Below are positions 1 through 13,432 of a stretch of DNA of 64,000 nt, piece after piece. Each line of letters begins with the position of its first letter. Within the stretch, counting starts at the first letter, position 1. Source of the DNA: Mobula hypostoma (taxonomy: Eukaryota); assembly GCF_963921235.1 (NCBI RefSeq), contig NC_086097.1, positions 110,486,001 to 110,550,000 of the forward strand. The letters run 5' to 3'. Below the pieces are notes generated by a model. The model was not told the origin of the DNA and ran no database searches. It worked only from the letters and a program-made list of their open reading frames with translations. A program made the position numbers and the translations under genes.

Positions 1-610
1 CACCATGGAACATACACCTGCCACTCTATGTAAAAAAAACCTCCCTGTACTTTTCTACCAATGCCTCAAAGTTATGCCCTTTGTGTTAGCCATTTCTGCT
101 CTGGGGAAAAGTCTCTAGCTATTTGCTCAGTCTATGTCTCTTATCATCTTGTACATCCCATCAAGTTACCTCTCATGCTCCTTCTCTCCAAACAGAAAAG
201 TCTAGCATCCTGGTAAATCTTCTTTGTACCCCTTCTAAAGTTTCTACATCTTTCCTATAATGAGACAACCGGAACATTTCACAATCTTCAAAGTGTGCTA
301 AGCAGAGTTTTATAAAGTGGCAACGTTACCCCATGGCTCTTAAACTCAATCCCCTGACTAATGAACACCAACACACCATACACCTCTTCCCACCTTATCA
401 GCTTGTGCGGCAACTTTGAAAGGTGGACATGGACCACAAGATCCCTCTGCCCTTCACACTGCCAAGAATCCTGCCGTTAACCCCGAATTCTGTCTTCAAG
501 CTCAACCTTGCAAAATGAATCACTTCACATTTTTCCAGATTGAACACCATCTGCTACTTCTCAGCCTAGCTCTGCATCCTATCAATGTCCCATTGCAACC
601 TATGACCTAG
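1..610 (-). mobile_element. Decayed CR1-type LINE 3' fragment
   Basis: Reverse-complement similarity to the RT C-terminus of better preserved CR1 copies in the window (e.g. 56165-56895). Confidence 0.7.
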
Positions 611-2109
611 CACATAACTCAACTGAATTGGGTCTTTATACCAATGTTTATACCAAAGATCAATCACAAAATGGAACTTTATTAACCCTCAAAAAGTTGA
701 GCATTTTTGTAAAAATAACAATTTTTATACATGTATTAAATAAGGACTGTTAAAATATAAACAAAATATGATTACTTGCATAAGTAATAAAATTAATCCT
801 GAGTTTAATAGTTTTAATAGTGAATAGTCAATAATTGTGAGCAAAAAGGTTTGTAGAAGGAGAACTAATCAGAAACTAAAAAAGGGCCTCGTACATAGAA
901 TGGGCATGTCTTCAATTAAATAAATCAATTTAATAAATAAACCTATTTTTAAAAGTTCCCTCCCCCTTCTTCTATTCCCCACTCTGGCTTCTTAACTCTA
1001 CTCCTCACCTGTCTATCATATCCCACTGGTGCCCCTCTTTCTCCCCTTTCTCCCATGGTCCACTTTCCTTTCCTATCAGATTCCTTCTTCTCCAGCCCTT
1101 TATCGTTCCACCCATCTGGCTTCACCTATCACCTTCTTGCTGGTCCTTCTTCCTCTGCCCCCACCTTTTTATTCCTCCAGAGTTTTGTGTGTATTAATAA
1201 AAGTGTATTTTAGTTTAGATTTTCCATGTAAGAAAATAATTTCTTTTCAGTCTGGAGTATCTTGTGGTGAGTACTATAACCACTGATATATGTACGATAC
1301 CAACTTGGTGTTCTGGGTATGTTTTCTAAATTTGCAAGTGTACTGTACTATGGGGAGCATACTGAAAAGACGCTGAGACAGTCTGGTAAAATGGGCAAAA
1401 TGATGGCAGATGAAATTAATTGCTGAAAAATATGCAGTGCTCATATCTTGTTCAGACAAACTGGAGGACACAAGTCAAAAACATTCAAATCTGGCTGTAT
1501 ATTTACATAGTTTGGTGAAGTTGGAAGAGCAGATAGTTTAATAGTTTAAAAAGCACACAAGGATAGAATGTGCTGTTCTGCTCCCCGTATCATAAGAAGG
1601 AATCAGAGGCTTTAGCAAGGGTTCAGAAGTAATTCACCAGAATGTTGATTAGCTTGGAGAGTATTAGCAATTGGAAGAGACTGAACAGACTTGGACTGTG
1701 TTTCTCTAGAATGTCGAAGACAGCGGAAAGGCTGACCTGAGAGGCAGAGAAAGTGTCCTGGGTACGTTTTCTAAATTTGGAAATGTACTGTACTATGGGG
1801 AGCTTACTGAAAAGATGCTGAGACAGGCTAATAAAATGGGCAGATTGGTGGCAGATGAAATTTAGTACTGCTGCTGTTGTTGCCGCATAGATCCATCCCG
1901 CAGATTCTATATTCCATTCTATGTGGAATTCCCATAACCTCTCTCTTTGACACATACTGGTTGGTTAGTTGACTATCATAAATCATGCCAAGTGGGCAGG
2001 AGAGTTGTGGGGCAGTTAATGGGCATGTGAGGACGGGTATGTTATAGGGTAATAAGTGAGGCCAATGCTTGAGACCTGGTCATGACATCTTTCTGTAATG
2101 TAAGAAAAT

Positions 2110-3390
2110 TTGGAATATGATGTACAGAGTTATCTTGGGGTTCAAGTTTATAACTCCCTAGAAGTGGCAACACAAGTAGACACAACACAAGTGCTGAAGA
2201 GGACACACAACATGCTTGCCTTCACTGGTTGGGGCATTGACTGTAGAAGTCACAAGGTCATGTTGCAGGTGTATAAAACTTCAGTGAGTCCATATTTGCA
2301 ATACTGTATGCTGTTCTGAACCCCATATCACAGGATGGACACAGAGACTGGGGCAAGGGTTCAGAAAAAAATCACCAGGATGTTGCCTGGATTGGAGAGT
2401 ATTAGCCATAAAAGAGATTGAACAAACTTAGATTGTCTTTTTTTCTCTGGAATGTAGGAGGCTGAGAGGCGACATGATAGAATTATATAAAATTATGAGA
2501 CACACAGTCAAGAATTTCAGGGTTGAAATTTCACAGAGAGCATAGCTTTACGGTGAGGGGGGAAAGCTCAAACGAGACTTGCGAGGCAAATTTTAGACCA
2601 TAAGACATAGGAGCAGAATAAGGCCATTTGGCCCATCGAGTCTGCTTCGCCATTCAATCATGGCTGATCTTTCTTTTTTCTCCTCCTCAACCCCAGTTCC
2701 CAGCCTTCTCCCCGTAACCTATGATGCCATGTCCAATCAAGAACCTATCAATTTCTGCCATAAATGTACCCAACAACCTGGCGTCCACAACTGCATGTGG
2801 CAACAATTCCACAAATTCACCACCCTTTGGCTAAAGAAATTTCTCTGCATCTCTACTTTGAAAGGGCACCCCTCTATCCTGAGGCTGTGCCGTCTTGTCC
2901 TAGACTCTCCCACCATGCGAGATATCCTTTCCACATCTACTCTGTAGGCCTTTCAACATTCAAAAGGTTTCAATGAGATCCCCCCCCCCACCCTTCTGAA
3001 TTCCAGCGACTACAGACTCAGAGCCATCAAACGTTCCTCGTGTGATAACCCTTTCGTTCCTGAAATCATCCTTGTGAACCTCCTCTGGAACCTCTCCAAT
3101 GCCAGCACATCTTTTCTAAGACGAGGGGCCCAAAACTGTTCACCATACTCAAGGTGAGGCCTTACCAGCGCCTTATTTTACATAGAGAGTGATAGATACT
3201 TGGAAACACAATGCCAGGTAGTTAGTGGAGATATGATTACGATGCTGAAGAGACAGACACATGAATAGACAGGGAATAGAGTGATATACCACAGACCACG
3301 TGCAGGAAGATCTGCAGTCCGAATTGGCAACATGGCTGTCACAGACATTGTAGGGTGAAGGGCCTGTTCCTGTGTTCGACTATTGATCCT
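2110..3390 (+). mobile_element. Old CR1 3' fragment interrupted by a younger minus-strand CR1 (about 2596-3175)
   Basis: ORF 2110..2319 reads MLAF..GI..RS..VMLQVYK..V.P.LQYC (CR1 RT C-terminus). The inner copy encodes GESRTR.HSLRIEG.PF..EMQRNFFSQRVVNLWN on the minus strand. Confidence 0.8.
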
Positions 3391-3728
3391 AAACTTTCTA
3401 AATTAAAGCACAGAGAAGTCATGGTGAGCCTTTATAAAAGTATAGGCAAGCCAGGAGTGGTGACTGTGTCCAGTTCTGGGCACTACACTTCAAGGATGGT
3501 GCAACAATTACTTTGCATCCTGACATGGGTAGCTGTCTCTGGGGGGATAACGGCTCCTCTCTGAGACTGATTGGGTGTTGTGGCTTCCACCCTGTTCCCA
3601 AGATGTGCTGGAGGGTTAAAGTTTGTTACTGTACATTAACCCCTTAGTTAGATCATTGGAAAAATGTTAAAGATGGGGAGGGGGTGGCTGATGAGCATGT
3701 GAGAGAAAATAATCTATAGGATTGACAG

Positions 3729-3865
3729 ACCTGGTGAAGGGTATCGGCCCAAAATGTTGACTCTTTTTTTCCTTTCCCTAAATGCTGCCTGACCTGCTGA
3801 GTTCCTGCAGCATATTGTGAGTGTTACTCTAGATTTCCAGAATCTGCAGAATTTCTTGTGTTTCA
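3729..3865 (+). mobile_element. Short Penelope-like terminal fragment beginning at a degenerate hammerhead motif
   Basis: cctggtgaagggtatcggcccaaaatgttgac...tgctgcctgacctgctgagttcc...tctgcagaatttcttgtgttt, the same terminus as the other PLE copies here. Confidence 0.7.
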
Positions 3866-4634
3866 GGATTAGACTGTGCAGGTGGGTCTGTCAGTAGTCA
3901 GGCTAATGAGATGGCTCTACTGGGAGTTGATGGTCCAAATGGCCTCTGTGCTGCAACAAGTACTAACCAAATTTCATATTCCACATCTCTGCTGCAATGG
4001 GTTTGACCAGTTACTTTGTTAAACCAATCCCAGACTTGATTCCTCTGCTTCTGCGACAGTCCCCAAGAATTTAATCAAGCAGAACTCCCCCAGTATTGAA
4101 TACACTAATGGAAATTCATTCCTTTGCAATTTTGACTGTCGTGTCCACAATTTAACCATGATTGTTTTAAGAACATCCAGCATTTACGTAGGACCCTAGT
4201 AATGTAATAGTTCAGAATTTTCTTCAAGGTCGTATTCCACTTTGCGCTTTGCTATCTCTAACCTTCTCCAGCCTTCTAACTCCAGTTTCTGCATTCCTTC
4301 AGTTTTGTACACCTCTAATCTTAGTCCAAACACTGATCAATACGTCTTTCATTATGAAATAGTTTGGTAGCTTCTGGGTGAAATGCTGGGGAGCGAGTGA
4401 GGATCCTGGAGAGAGAAAGAAGGGATGGGGAAGGAGAGGGGTAATGAAAGAGGTCGACAGGGGCTGGGGTGAGAGAGGATATCAGAGAGGAGGAAAGGTA
4501 GAGCTGCTCAAATTTTCCCCACCTTTCTCATGGCCCTTCAAACATATTAGCATGCTCAGTAAGACACCAGCGAAATGTAAATGAACAGATATGATGCACA
4601 ATATCGTACTAAGTTAGAGACCTCTGAAGTAACC

Positions 4635-4892
4635 CTGAACATGAGAAGCAGTCAATGCAATGCTATTGCAGCTCAGGGCAGCGGAGTTCAGAGTTGAATT
4701 CCAGCATCCTCTGTTCAAAAGCTTATACACTCCTCCCAAGTGCATATGGGTTTCCTCTAAGTGCAGCAGTTCCCCCCACAGTGCAAAGACATACAGGGTA
4801 TGAGATTCATTGGTTGTTGTAAATTGTCCTGTGATTAGGCTGGTGTTAAATAGGTGGGTCGCTGGGCCGGAAAGGCCTGTTCCGTGCTGTAT
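4635..4892 (+). mobile_element. V-SINE/HE1-like SINE, decayed
   Basis: tgggtttcctctaagtgcagcagttccccccacagtgcaaagac core plus the shared tail gtaaattgtcctgtgattaggct. Confidence 0.7.
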
Positions 4893-4964
4893 AAAATTAT
4901 CACCTCCTGACGATAGGCTGTGGATAAAATCAAAACAGCTTGCTTTAAAACAGATAGCATCTAC

Positions 4965-5702
4965 CTTTCAGGGTCCGAACGGTCCTTCCAGCTGAGGCAA
5001 CACTTCATCTGCAGATCTGCTGGGGTTGTTTTTTCTGTGCCTGGTGCTCCTGATGCAGCCTCCTCTATGTTGGTGAGACTCATTGTAAATTGGGGGACTG
5101 CTTCGTTAAGCACCTCCACTCCATCTGCCAAGAGTGGAACATCCCAGTGGCCAAACATTTGTATGATGATTCACATTCCCATTCCAACATGTCGGTCCAT
5201 GGCCTCCTCTTGTGCCACGATGTGGCAACCCTCAGGGTGGAGGAGCAACACCTTATATTCCATCTAGGTAAAGTCCAACCTGATGGCATGAATATCGATT
5301 TCTCCTTCCAGTAAAAAAAAATTCTCTCCCCCTCGCCTCTTCCTCTATTCCCCACTCTGGCCTTTTATCTCTTCTCACCTGCCTATAACTTCCCCCTGGG
5401 TCTCCTCCTCCTTCCTTTCTCCTACTGTCCACTCTCCTCTCATATCAGATTGCTTCTTCTTCAGCCCTTGACCCTTCCCACCCACCTGTCTTCACCTATC
5501 ATTTTCCAGCCAGCCTCCTTCCCCTCCCTCCACCTGTTTATTCTGTCATCTTCCCCCTTCCTTCCCAGTCCTAAGAAGGGTCTTGGCCCAAAACATCAAC
5601 TGTTTATTCATTTCCATAGGTGATGCCTGACCTGCTGTGCTCCTGCAGCATTTTTTGTGTTGCTCTGGATTTCAAGCATCTGCAGGATCTCTCATGTTTG
5701 TG
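4965..5702 (+). mobile_element. Penelope-like retroelement 3' part (GIY-YIG endonuclease remnant plus terminal repeat)
   Basis: Frameshifted FQLRQHFIC.S.GVV...C..C.LLYVGET...LGDCFVKHL.SI...PVAKH...H...MSVHGLL...EEQHLIFHLG.VQPDGMNIDF, typical of a PLE GIY-YIG domain. Followed by a pyrimidine-rich UTR and a degenerate hammerhead terminus. Confidence 0.85.
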
Positions 5703-6659
5703 ATTTGATGCACCTCCCTTCTTTGTTTTCTCACCTAATTTTTCTGCCGCACAACTGGCAGGATTCAACGAGTGACATCTATTTTCCATCTCAAATGCAA
5801 ACCATAGGACGTATGTTTGTTCTAACAGTAAGTTTGGAAGCAGAGGAATGATACCAGTTCCTGCGGATTCTCCGCAGTTTCCCTCTGATATTTGAGGAGT
5901 TAAAACAAAATGCAGCAGAGGAATTCTCAAAAATGGAATAATAATAATAATAATGGAGAAGTTGCAACTGAAGACAGAAAGAACAGATTATTTTATAAAA
6001 TTGGCTCCAGCGGAATGCCAAACCACTGGGAATGCTGAGGGGAAATTGCAAAATCAATCTCTATAAACCTCTCTTTTCACAGAATCATACAAAGTACAGC
6101 AATAAAGGGGAGCAATCAGCTCAGTGAATTTCAATGTGTGTTGTCTCCTTCAAAGGCAATCTCATTAGCACTGCAATCTCCCACTAGAGCCATGCTGATT
6201 TTTTCTCCTTCAAATGCTTACCCAATTCTCTGTGGAAGATTTACACTAAATTCCATTAGGCAATAATTTGAATAAGAAAATATGTTCCTCTTGTCATTTT
6301 TATCACTTGGAAATTGGAGGAGGCTTGCCCTTGTTTCCATCAAATGAAGTTCCCTGCCCAAAGCAAGCATTCGAAAGGTTGCATGAGACAGAGTGTCTTG
6401 GACAAATGCAGGCATCCGAGAACAGAACAGGACTTCAGAATTGCATTTACTTAGCTGGCTTTAAACTATAACTCATTGCTGTTATCTGAGAAAGAAAATG
6501 CATCTAAAGTTTGAAGTTATCACACCTTGGAAAAATATCAGAAAAACCTGATAGATTTTTCTTTATTTCAGTATGATAGGGTACAGTACATTGCTAGGTC
6601 TTTCCCTGGTGACTGATGAACTTCAAGTGCAAAGTTTTACTGTGTTGTGATGAACATCA

Positions 6660-7180
6660 GCAGTCAATTTTCAAGTCCGCTCTGCTATTCCATCATGGCT
6701 GATTTATTATCCCTCTCAATCCCATTCTCCAGCCTTCTTCACGTAACCTTTGACATCCGTGCTAAATCAAGAACCTATGTTTTAAATATATCCAATGGCT
6801 TGGCCTCCACAGCCGTCCGTGGCGATGAGTTCCATAGATTCAACTCCCCCTGGCTATAGAAATTACTCCTCAACTCTGTTCTAAAGGAACATCCTTGTAT
6901 TCTGAGGCTGTGCCCTCTGGTTCTATATTCCCCACTGTAGGATACATCCTCTCCACGTCTTCTCTGTGTACTCTTTTCAAACTTGATGGATTTCAATGAG
7001 ATTTCCCCCCTCCCCCCCCCAATTCTTCTAAACTTTACAGTGTACAGGCCCAGAGCCATCAAATGTCCCTCATACGTTAAACCTTTCATTCCCGGGATAA
7101 TTCTCGGGAACCTCCTCTGGACCCTCTCCAATGCCAGCACATTCTTTCTGCAGTAAGAGGCCCAAGACAGCTTACAGTTG
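6660..7180 (-). mobile_element. CR1 LINE 3' fragment
   Basis: ORF 6775..7140: LERVQRRF.RIIPGMKGLTYE..L.ALGLY...RTRGHSLRIQG.SFRTELR.NFYSQ..LNLWNS. Confidence 0.85.
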
Positions 7181-7187
7181 ATTTTAA

Positions 7188-8300
7188 AAGCACAAACACG
7201 AGGAAATCTGCAGATGCTGGAAATTCAAGCAATACACATAAAAATTGCTGGTGAACGCAGCAGGCCAGGCAGCATCTATAGCAAGAGGTACCATCGACGT
7301 TTCGGGCCAAGACCCTTCATCAGGACTAACTGAAGGAAGAGAGAGTAAGAGATTTGAAAGTGGGAGGGGGAGGGGGAGATCCGAAATGATAGGAGAAGAC
7401 AGGAGGGGGAGGGATGGAGCCAAGAGCTGGACAGGTGATTGGCAAAGGGGATATCAGAGGATCATGGGACAGGAGGCCTAGGGATAAAGAAAAGGTGGAG
7501 GGAAGCCCAGAGGATGGGCAAGGAGTTATAGTGAGAGGGACAGAGGGAGGAAATAGAGAGAGAATAAATAAATAAATAGATAAATAAGGGAAGGCGTACG
7601 AGGGGGAGGTGGGGCATTAACGGAAGTTAGACAAGTCAATGTTCATGCCATCAGGTCGGAGGCTACCCAGACGGAATATAAGATGTTGTTCCTCCAACCT
7701 GAGTGTGGCTTCATCCTGACAGTAGAGGAGGCCGTGGATAGATATGTCAGAATGGGAATGGGACATGGAATTAAAATGTGTGGCCACTGGGAGATCCTGC
7801 TTTCTCTGGCGGACAGAGCGTAGGTGTCCAGCGAAACAGTCTCCCAGCCTGCGTCAGGTCTCGCCAATATATAGGAGGCCACATCGGGAACCCCAAACAC
7901 AGTATATCACCTCAGCCGACTCACAGGTGAAGTGTCGCCTCACCTGGAAGGATTGTCTGGGGCCCTGAATGGTGGTAAGGGAGGAAGTGTAAGGGCATGT
8001 GTAGCACTTGTTCCACTTACAAGGATAAGTGCCGGGAGGGAGATCAGTGGAAAAGGATGGAGGAGGGGGGACAAATGGACAAGGGAGTGGCGTAGGGAGC
8101 GATCTCTGCGGAAAGCAGAAGTGGGGGGGATGGAAAGATGTGCCTCGTGGTGAGATCCCGTTGGAGGTGGCGGAAGTTACGGAGAATTATATGTTGGACC
8201 CGGAGGCTGGTGGGGTGGTAGGTGAGGACTGGGGGAACCCTATTCCTAGTGGGGTGGCGGGAGGATGGGGTGAGAGCAGATGTGCGTGAAATGGGAAAGA
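7188..8300 (-). mobile_element. Penelope-like retroelement 3' part with GIY-YIG remnant and intact hammerhead core in the terminus
   Basis: Minus strand encodes the same GIY-YIG region as 4965-5310. The terminus reads gttagtcCTGATGAagggtcttggcccGAAACGTCgatgg (7292-7327, reverse complement). Confidence 0.88.
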
Positions 8301-9729
8301 TATTTTATTGTATTTCTCAGTTCTACTGTAAAAGCCTGCAATCTCAAGATAACATACGTACTTGGATAATAAATTTACTTAGAACTTGTGTCTTTCTAAC
8401 AGTAGAGAACTGCCATAAAGCAAATGGTAGACAAGCACTCTATGATTCTCATTAATGGACAGTGCTCAGTCAAATAACTTCTTATGCAAGAGGTAATATT
8501 GTCCAATGCTAGAGAAATACTCTGGGGCTGACAACTGTGGTTTCTGCTATTAGACTACCACATGCCAATTGGATGCAGATTATTTTTTAAGGTGTACTCT
8601 ACATCATGAGTGGGGAAAATGTACATCATCAGCCTTTCAAACTACTTTGAAATATTCCAGATAGATGGGATTCTTCCAATTTTTTAAATAGCTGTGATGA
8701 TTTTCTTGAAGAAAAGTGCGAATAGGTTCCTTGTCAGTGCTAAACCACTGCCTGTCTGCATTGAAACCTATTCTACAGCTATCCGATGACAACCAGGACC
8801 GATAGAAGGTGCAAACAAGTGCCAAAGCTGACTAATACTAACGTTTAATACTTTAAGCCGTTAGTTATATCATGCTTTCATTGTGTGTTTTTTGTAGATA
8901 AAGGACAGGAATGATAATTGTGTGGTGGCAAATTTGGTGGTTTTCTGTTCCACAAAACCCTGAAGGAAGCTGGACAGTTTGATAAGGTGGTTAAGGAGGG
9001 ACACTCCTATAGAGCAAGGTGCAGAATATCAGAACAAGGAGGTGTACAAAATTAGTTTGGCAACAGCCAGATACCCTGTCGAGTTTTGGTCAGCGCCAAG
9101 TAGAAAGGATGTGGTTGTGCTTGTGATAGTGTAGAGGATGCTGCAAGGCTGAAGATTGTCCTTATGATGAAAACCTGTTTGGGTCTGGAGGGTTTTCTCT
9201 GGTACAAAGGAAGCGGAGGGGAGATTAGATTGAAATGGATAAAATTAAGAGAAATGTAGACGTGACAAATGAGTCACAGAGTCATACAGGTTACACTCTT
9301 TCAAGCAGTCACTTTACCCTAACTAATCCATGCCAACCAAGCCTGCAGTTGGCCCATATCAAAGAGTCAAAGTAATCTTATTATCAAAGTATGTACACAG
9401 TATACAACCCTAAGGTTTGCCCTCCAGCGGGCAGCCACAAAACAAAAAACCACCATGAAACCTGTTCAAAGAAAACATCAAATACCCAAAACATGAAAAA
9501 AAGAAGAAATTGTGCAAATAGCAAAAAGCAAGCAAGTAACACACAGAGTATTAAACATCAAACCGCAGAGAACTCGAAACGGTCAAGGAATGTTCAGTTT
9601 AGTTCAGTCCAGCACTGCGTCATTTGTTGCAAGTAACACACAAAGTATTAAACATCGAACCGCAGAGATCTTGAAACGATCTAGCAGTGTTCAGTTTAGT
9701 TCAGTCTAGCACTGCGTCATTTGTTGACT

Positions 9730-10355
9730 GCTTTCCAAATGCTGATAGATCCTATCTCTCAGAATCTCCTCCAGTAACTTTCCCGTTGCTGATGTTTGGC
9801 TCACCAGCCTGTAGTTCCTTGCCTTGCCTTGGAAGACTTTCTTAAAAGAAGGTACAACATTAGCCACCCTCCATCTTTCTAGTACCATACTCACAGATAA
9901 TGAAGAAACAAAATTCTTTACCAGAGCCCGAGAGTGAGGAACAACCTGAGGTTTGGATGATTTAAGTGCCAGGCTAGATTGAACAGTCCTACCTTTTTCC
10001 ATAACTATATTAAAGCTAATATAATTATGGGCAGTAGTCTTAGAGTGCTCCCCGACTGACACATCATTTGCCCATCCTCAATTCCCAATAGGAGGCTGAG
10101 TGTGGCCCCTTCTCTTGTAGGTTTTTCCTACATATTGCTTGTGAAAACTTACCCTACATACTTAACAAATTCTGCTGTATCTAATCCCTTAGCCCCCTGG
10201 CAGTCCCAATCAATATCAGAGAAATTAAAATCACCCCGACATAATAAGTCAATTATTCCTACACCTCTCTGCAATCTCCCTCCATATTTGCTTCTCCAGC
10301 GTTGTGCTGACTACTGGGGGCCTATAGTGCAATCCCATCAAAGTGATCACCCCTT
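9730..10355 (-). mobile_element. Old CR1 ORF2 fragments (continue at about 13433-13625 after the LTR insertion)
   Basis: ORF 9706..10062 contains WRVANVVPSFKK..QGKARNYRLVSQTSATGKLLEEILRDRIYQHLE. The sequences on either side of the LTR join into contiguous CR1 endonuclease-region sequence. Confidence 0.7.
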
Positions 10356-13300
10356 TGTAACCAAGGTTAATCAAACCCTAAGTTGTAATGTTAGAAATTT
10401 CTACCTGTGGAGGAATGAAAAGGAGATAGACTGATTAAAAAAAAATAATTTGAAAAAACATGCGAGGGCGGGAAGGCTGGACACAGGCCGGACAAGGAGA
10501 CAAAAACGCAGCACCAATTAGAAGCTGAAGACATGAACTGTTAAGAGTAGAATTAGTAGTGAGTAACTTTAACCTACTAACTTGAAACCCTCAGGGTGAA
10601 AATCCTGGAGGGGAGACAATAGTGATAAAAGATTTATTGAAGCTATAGCTATAACATACAGCAGCTATTATGAGATAATATCGACAGAGACCAGCGCCCA
10701 ACATCCCTACCGTGTAGTCGGGAATTAGTTCTACAAAATCATAAGTCTGTGAATTGACTTTCTGTGGATGATAAACTATTTCATTCCAATGAACCAAGAA
10801 GCAAAATGTTCCAATGAGACAGAGAAAGGATGGTAGGGTACAGGAACCATGGTGTACAAAGGCTGTTGTAAATCTAGTCAATAAGAAAAGCTCATGAAAG
10901 GTTCAGAAAGCTAGGTAATGATAGAGAGCTAGAAGATTATAAGGCTAGCAGGAAGGAGCTCAAGGAAGAAATAAGGAGAGCCAGAAGGGGCCATGAGAAG
11001 GCCTTGGTGGACAGGATTAAGGAAAACCCCAAAGCACTCTACAAGTATGTGAAGAGCAAGAGGATAAAACATGAGAGAATAGGACTAATCAAGTGTGACA
11101 GTGGGAAAGTGTGCATGGAACCGGAGGAGATAGCAGAGGTACTTAATGAGTGCTTTGCTTCAGTATTCATTACGGAAAAGGATCTTGGCGATTGTAGGGA
11201 TGACTTACAGCGGACTGAAAAGCTTGAGCATGTAGATATTAAGAAAGAGGATGTGTTGGAGCTTTTGGAAAGCATCAAGTTGGATAAGCCACCAGGACTG
11301 GACGAGATGTACCCCAGGCTATTGTGGGAAGTGAGGGAGGAGATTGTTGAACCTCTGGTGATGATCTTTGCATCAGCAATGGAGACGGGAGAGGTTCCAG
11401 AGGATTAGAGGGTTGCAGAGGTTGCTCCCTTATTCAAGAAAGGGAGTAGAGAGCGCCCAGGAAATTATAGACCAGTGAGCCTTACTTCAGTGGTTGGTAA
11501 GTTGATGGAGAAGATCCTGATTGAATCCTTACGAGCCTCATTGAATTTTTTGAGGATGTGACTAAAGAGTAGATGTAGTGTATATGGATTTCAGCAAGGC
11601 ATTTGACAAGGTACCGCATGCAAGTCTTATTGAGAAAGTAAGGAGGCATGGGATCCAAGGGGAAATTGCTTTGTGGATCCAGAACTGGCTTGCCCACAAA
11701 AGGCAAAGAGTGATTGTAGACAGGTCATATTCTGCATGGAGGTTGGTCACCAGTGGTGTGCCTCAGGGATCTGTTCTGGGACCCCTACTCTTTGTGATTT
11801 TTATAAATGACCTGGATGAAGAAGTGGAGGGATGAATTAGTAAAATTTGCTGATGACACAAAGGTTCGAAGTGTTGTAGATAGTGTGGAGGGCTGTCAGA
11901 GGTTACAACAGGACATTGATAGGATGCAAAACTGGGCTGAGAAGTGGCAGATGGAGTTCAACCCAGGTAAGTGTGAGGTGGTTCATTTTGGTAGGTCAAA
12001 TATGATGGCAGAATATAGTAGTAACGATAAGACTCTTGGCAGTGTGGAGGATCAGAGGAATCTTGGGGTCCGAGTCCACAGGACACTCAAAGCTGCTCTG
12101 CAGGTTGACTCTGTGGTTAAGAAGGCATACGGTGCATTGGCCTTTATCAATCGTGGGATTGAGCTTAGGATCCGAGAGGTAATGTTGCAGCTATATAGGA
12201 CCCTGGTCAGACCCCACTTGGAGTACTGTGCTCAGTTCTGGTTGCCTCACTATAGGAAGGATGTGGAAACCATAGAAAGGGTGCAGAGGAGATTTACAAG
12301 GATGTTGCCTGGATTGGGGAGCATGCCTTATGTGAATAGGTTCAGTGAACTTGGCCTTTTCCTTTGGAGCAGTGAAGGATGAGAGGTGACCTGATAGAGG
12401 TATATAAGATGATGAGAGGCATTGATCGTGTGGATAGTCAGAGGCTTTTTCCCAGGGCTGAAATGGCTAGCACGAGAGGGCAGTTTTAAGGAGCTTGGTA
12501 GTAGGTAGAGAGGAGATATCAGTGGTATGTTTTTTTTACGCAGAGAGTGGTGAGTGCATGGAATGGGCTGCTGGCGAAAGTGGTGGAGGCAGATACGATC
12601 GGGTCTTTAAAGAGACTCCTGAACAGGTATATGGAACTCTGAAAAATAGAGGGCGATGGGTAACCCTAGGTATTTTCTAAGGCAGGGACATGTTCGGCAC
12701 AGCTTTGTGGACCAAAGGGCCTGTATTGTGCTGTAGGTTTTCTAGGTGAACCACCCAAGATGACGAATCAGCACGGGAACGAAATGTATAATGACGTAGA
12801 GGATTTAATACCGTTGGATGTATAAGTTTATTTTAAATTCGAAGAATCCGAATTGATTTTCTGCAGGAACTGATTATTTTTGTAAAGACTTTGATAAGTT
12901 ACTGAATGAGATTTATTTTGTTTAAGAATTGGAGAATCGTTGTTAAACTGTGTATATATAATTTGAATTTAAACTTGTAGATATACTGCCTGGAACTGAA
13001 ACTGAAGTTAACTATCACACTTGACAATAGGAATGATATTTGATTTTCTAACTAACTAGGGATGAGTAAAAAGGAAAGCTTAGTCTGTAAACTTTTAAAT
13101 TGGGCATAACACTAGATCTAATTAGTCTGAGAAATTGGAATAACAAAGGTTATTCTAATGAATATCACTGATTCTAACTAAACAGGAATTTGGCTTTTGT
13201 TGACATCTAAGATTTGGAACCTAAACAGAATGTTGAATTGTTCCTGCTCATGTAATATATTTTGTACATATTGTTTTTTCTTATTTTCAGAAGTGTGTGG

Positions 13301-13432
13301 TTTTGATTCACTGCCTCCTTCTCATACCAAGAACCTTCTATTGGCCTATTAGCACCTAGTGTTATTTGATTTTCCCAAAAGAGTGTGACGATTAGCCACA
13401 CATGATAAGACCAGTGCTACACAGGTGTTACA
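10356..13432. mobile_element. Solo LTR-like element (about 1.1 kb without the insert), TG...CA termini, 4-bp TSD, split by a CR1 insertion
   Basis: Starts TGTAAC (10356) and ends GTTACA (13432), a 6-bp terminal inverted repeat. Flanked by cctt at 10352-10355 and 13433-13436. Confidence 0.75.
10806..12745 (+). mobile_element. 5'-truncated CR1 LINE (ORF2 linker plus RT, disrupted)
   Basis: ORFs 11004..11408, 11578..11835 ([24 protein letters not shown]) and 11807..12382 (KFADDTK, RPHLEYC, ERVQRRFTRM), followed by a CR1 3' tail. Confidence 0.95.

Noticed and set aside
5604..5930. Minus-strand ORF containing EGNC...GIIP, superficially like the next ITGA9 exon (KGNC...CIIP)
   Set aside because: Spacing is wrong, the second Cys and the ENIFHTIFAFF block are missing, and I saw no convincing phase-0 acceptor/donor pair.
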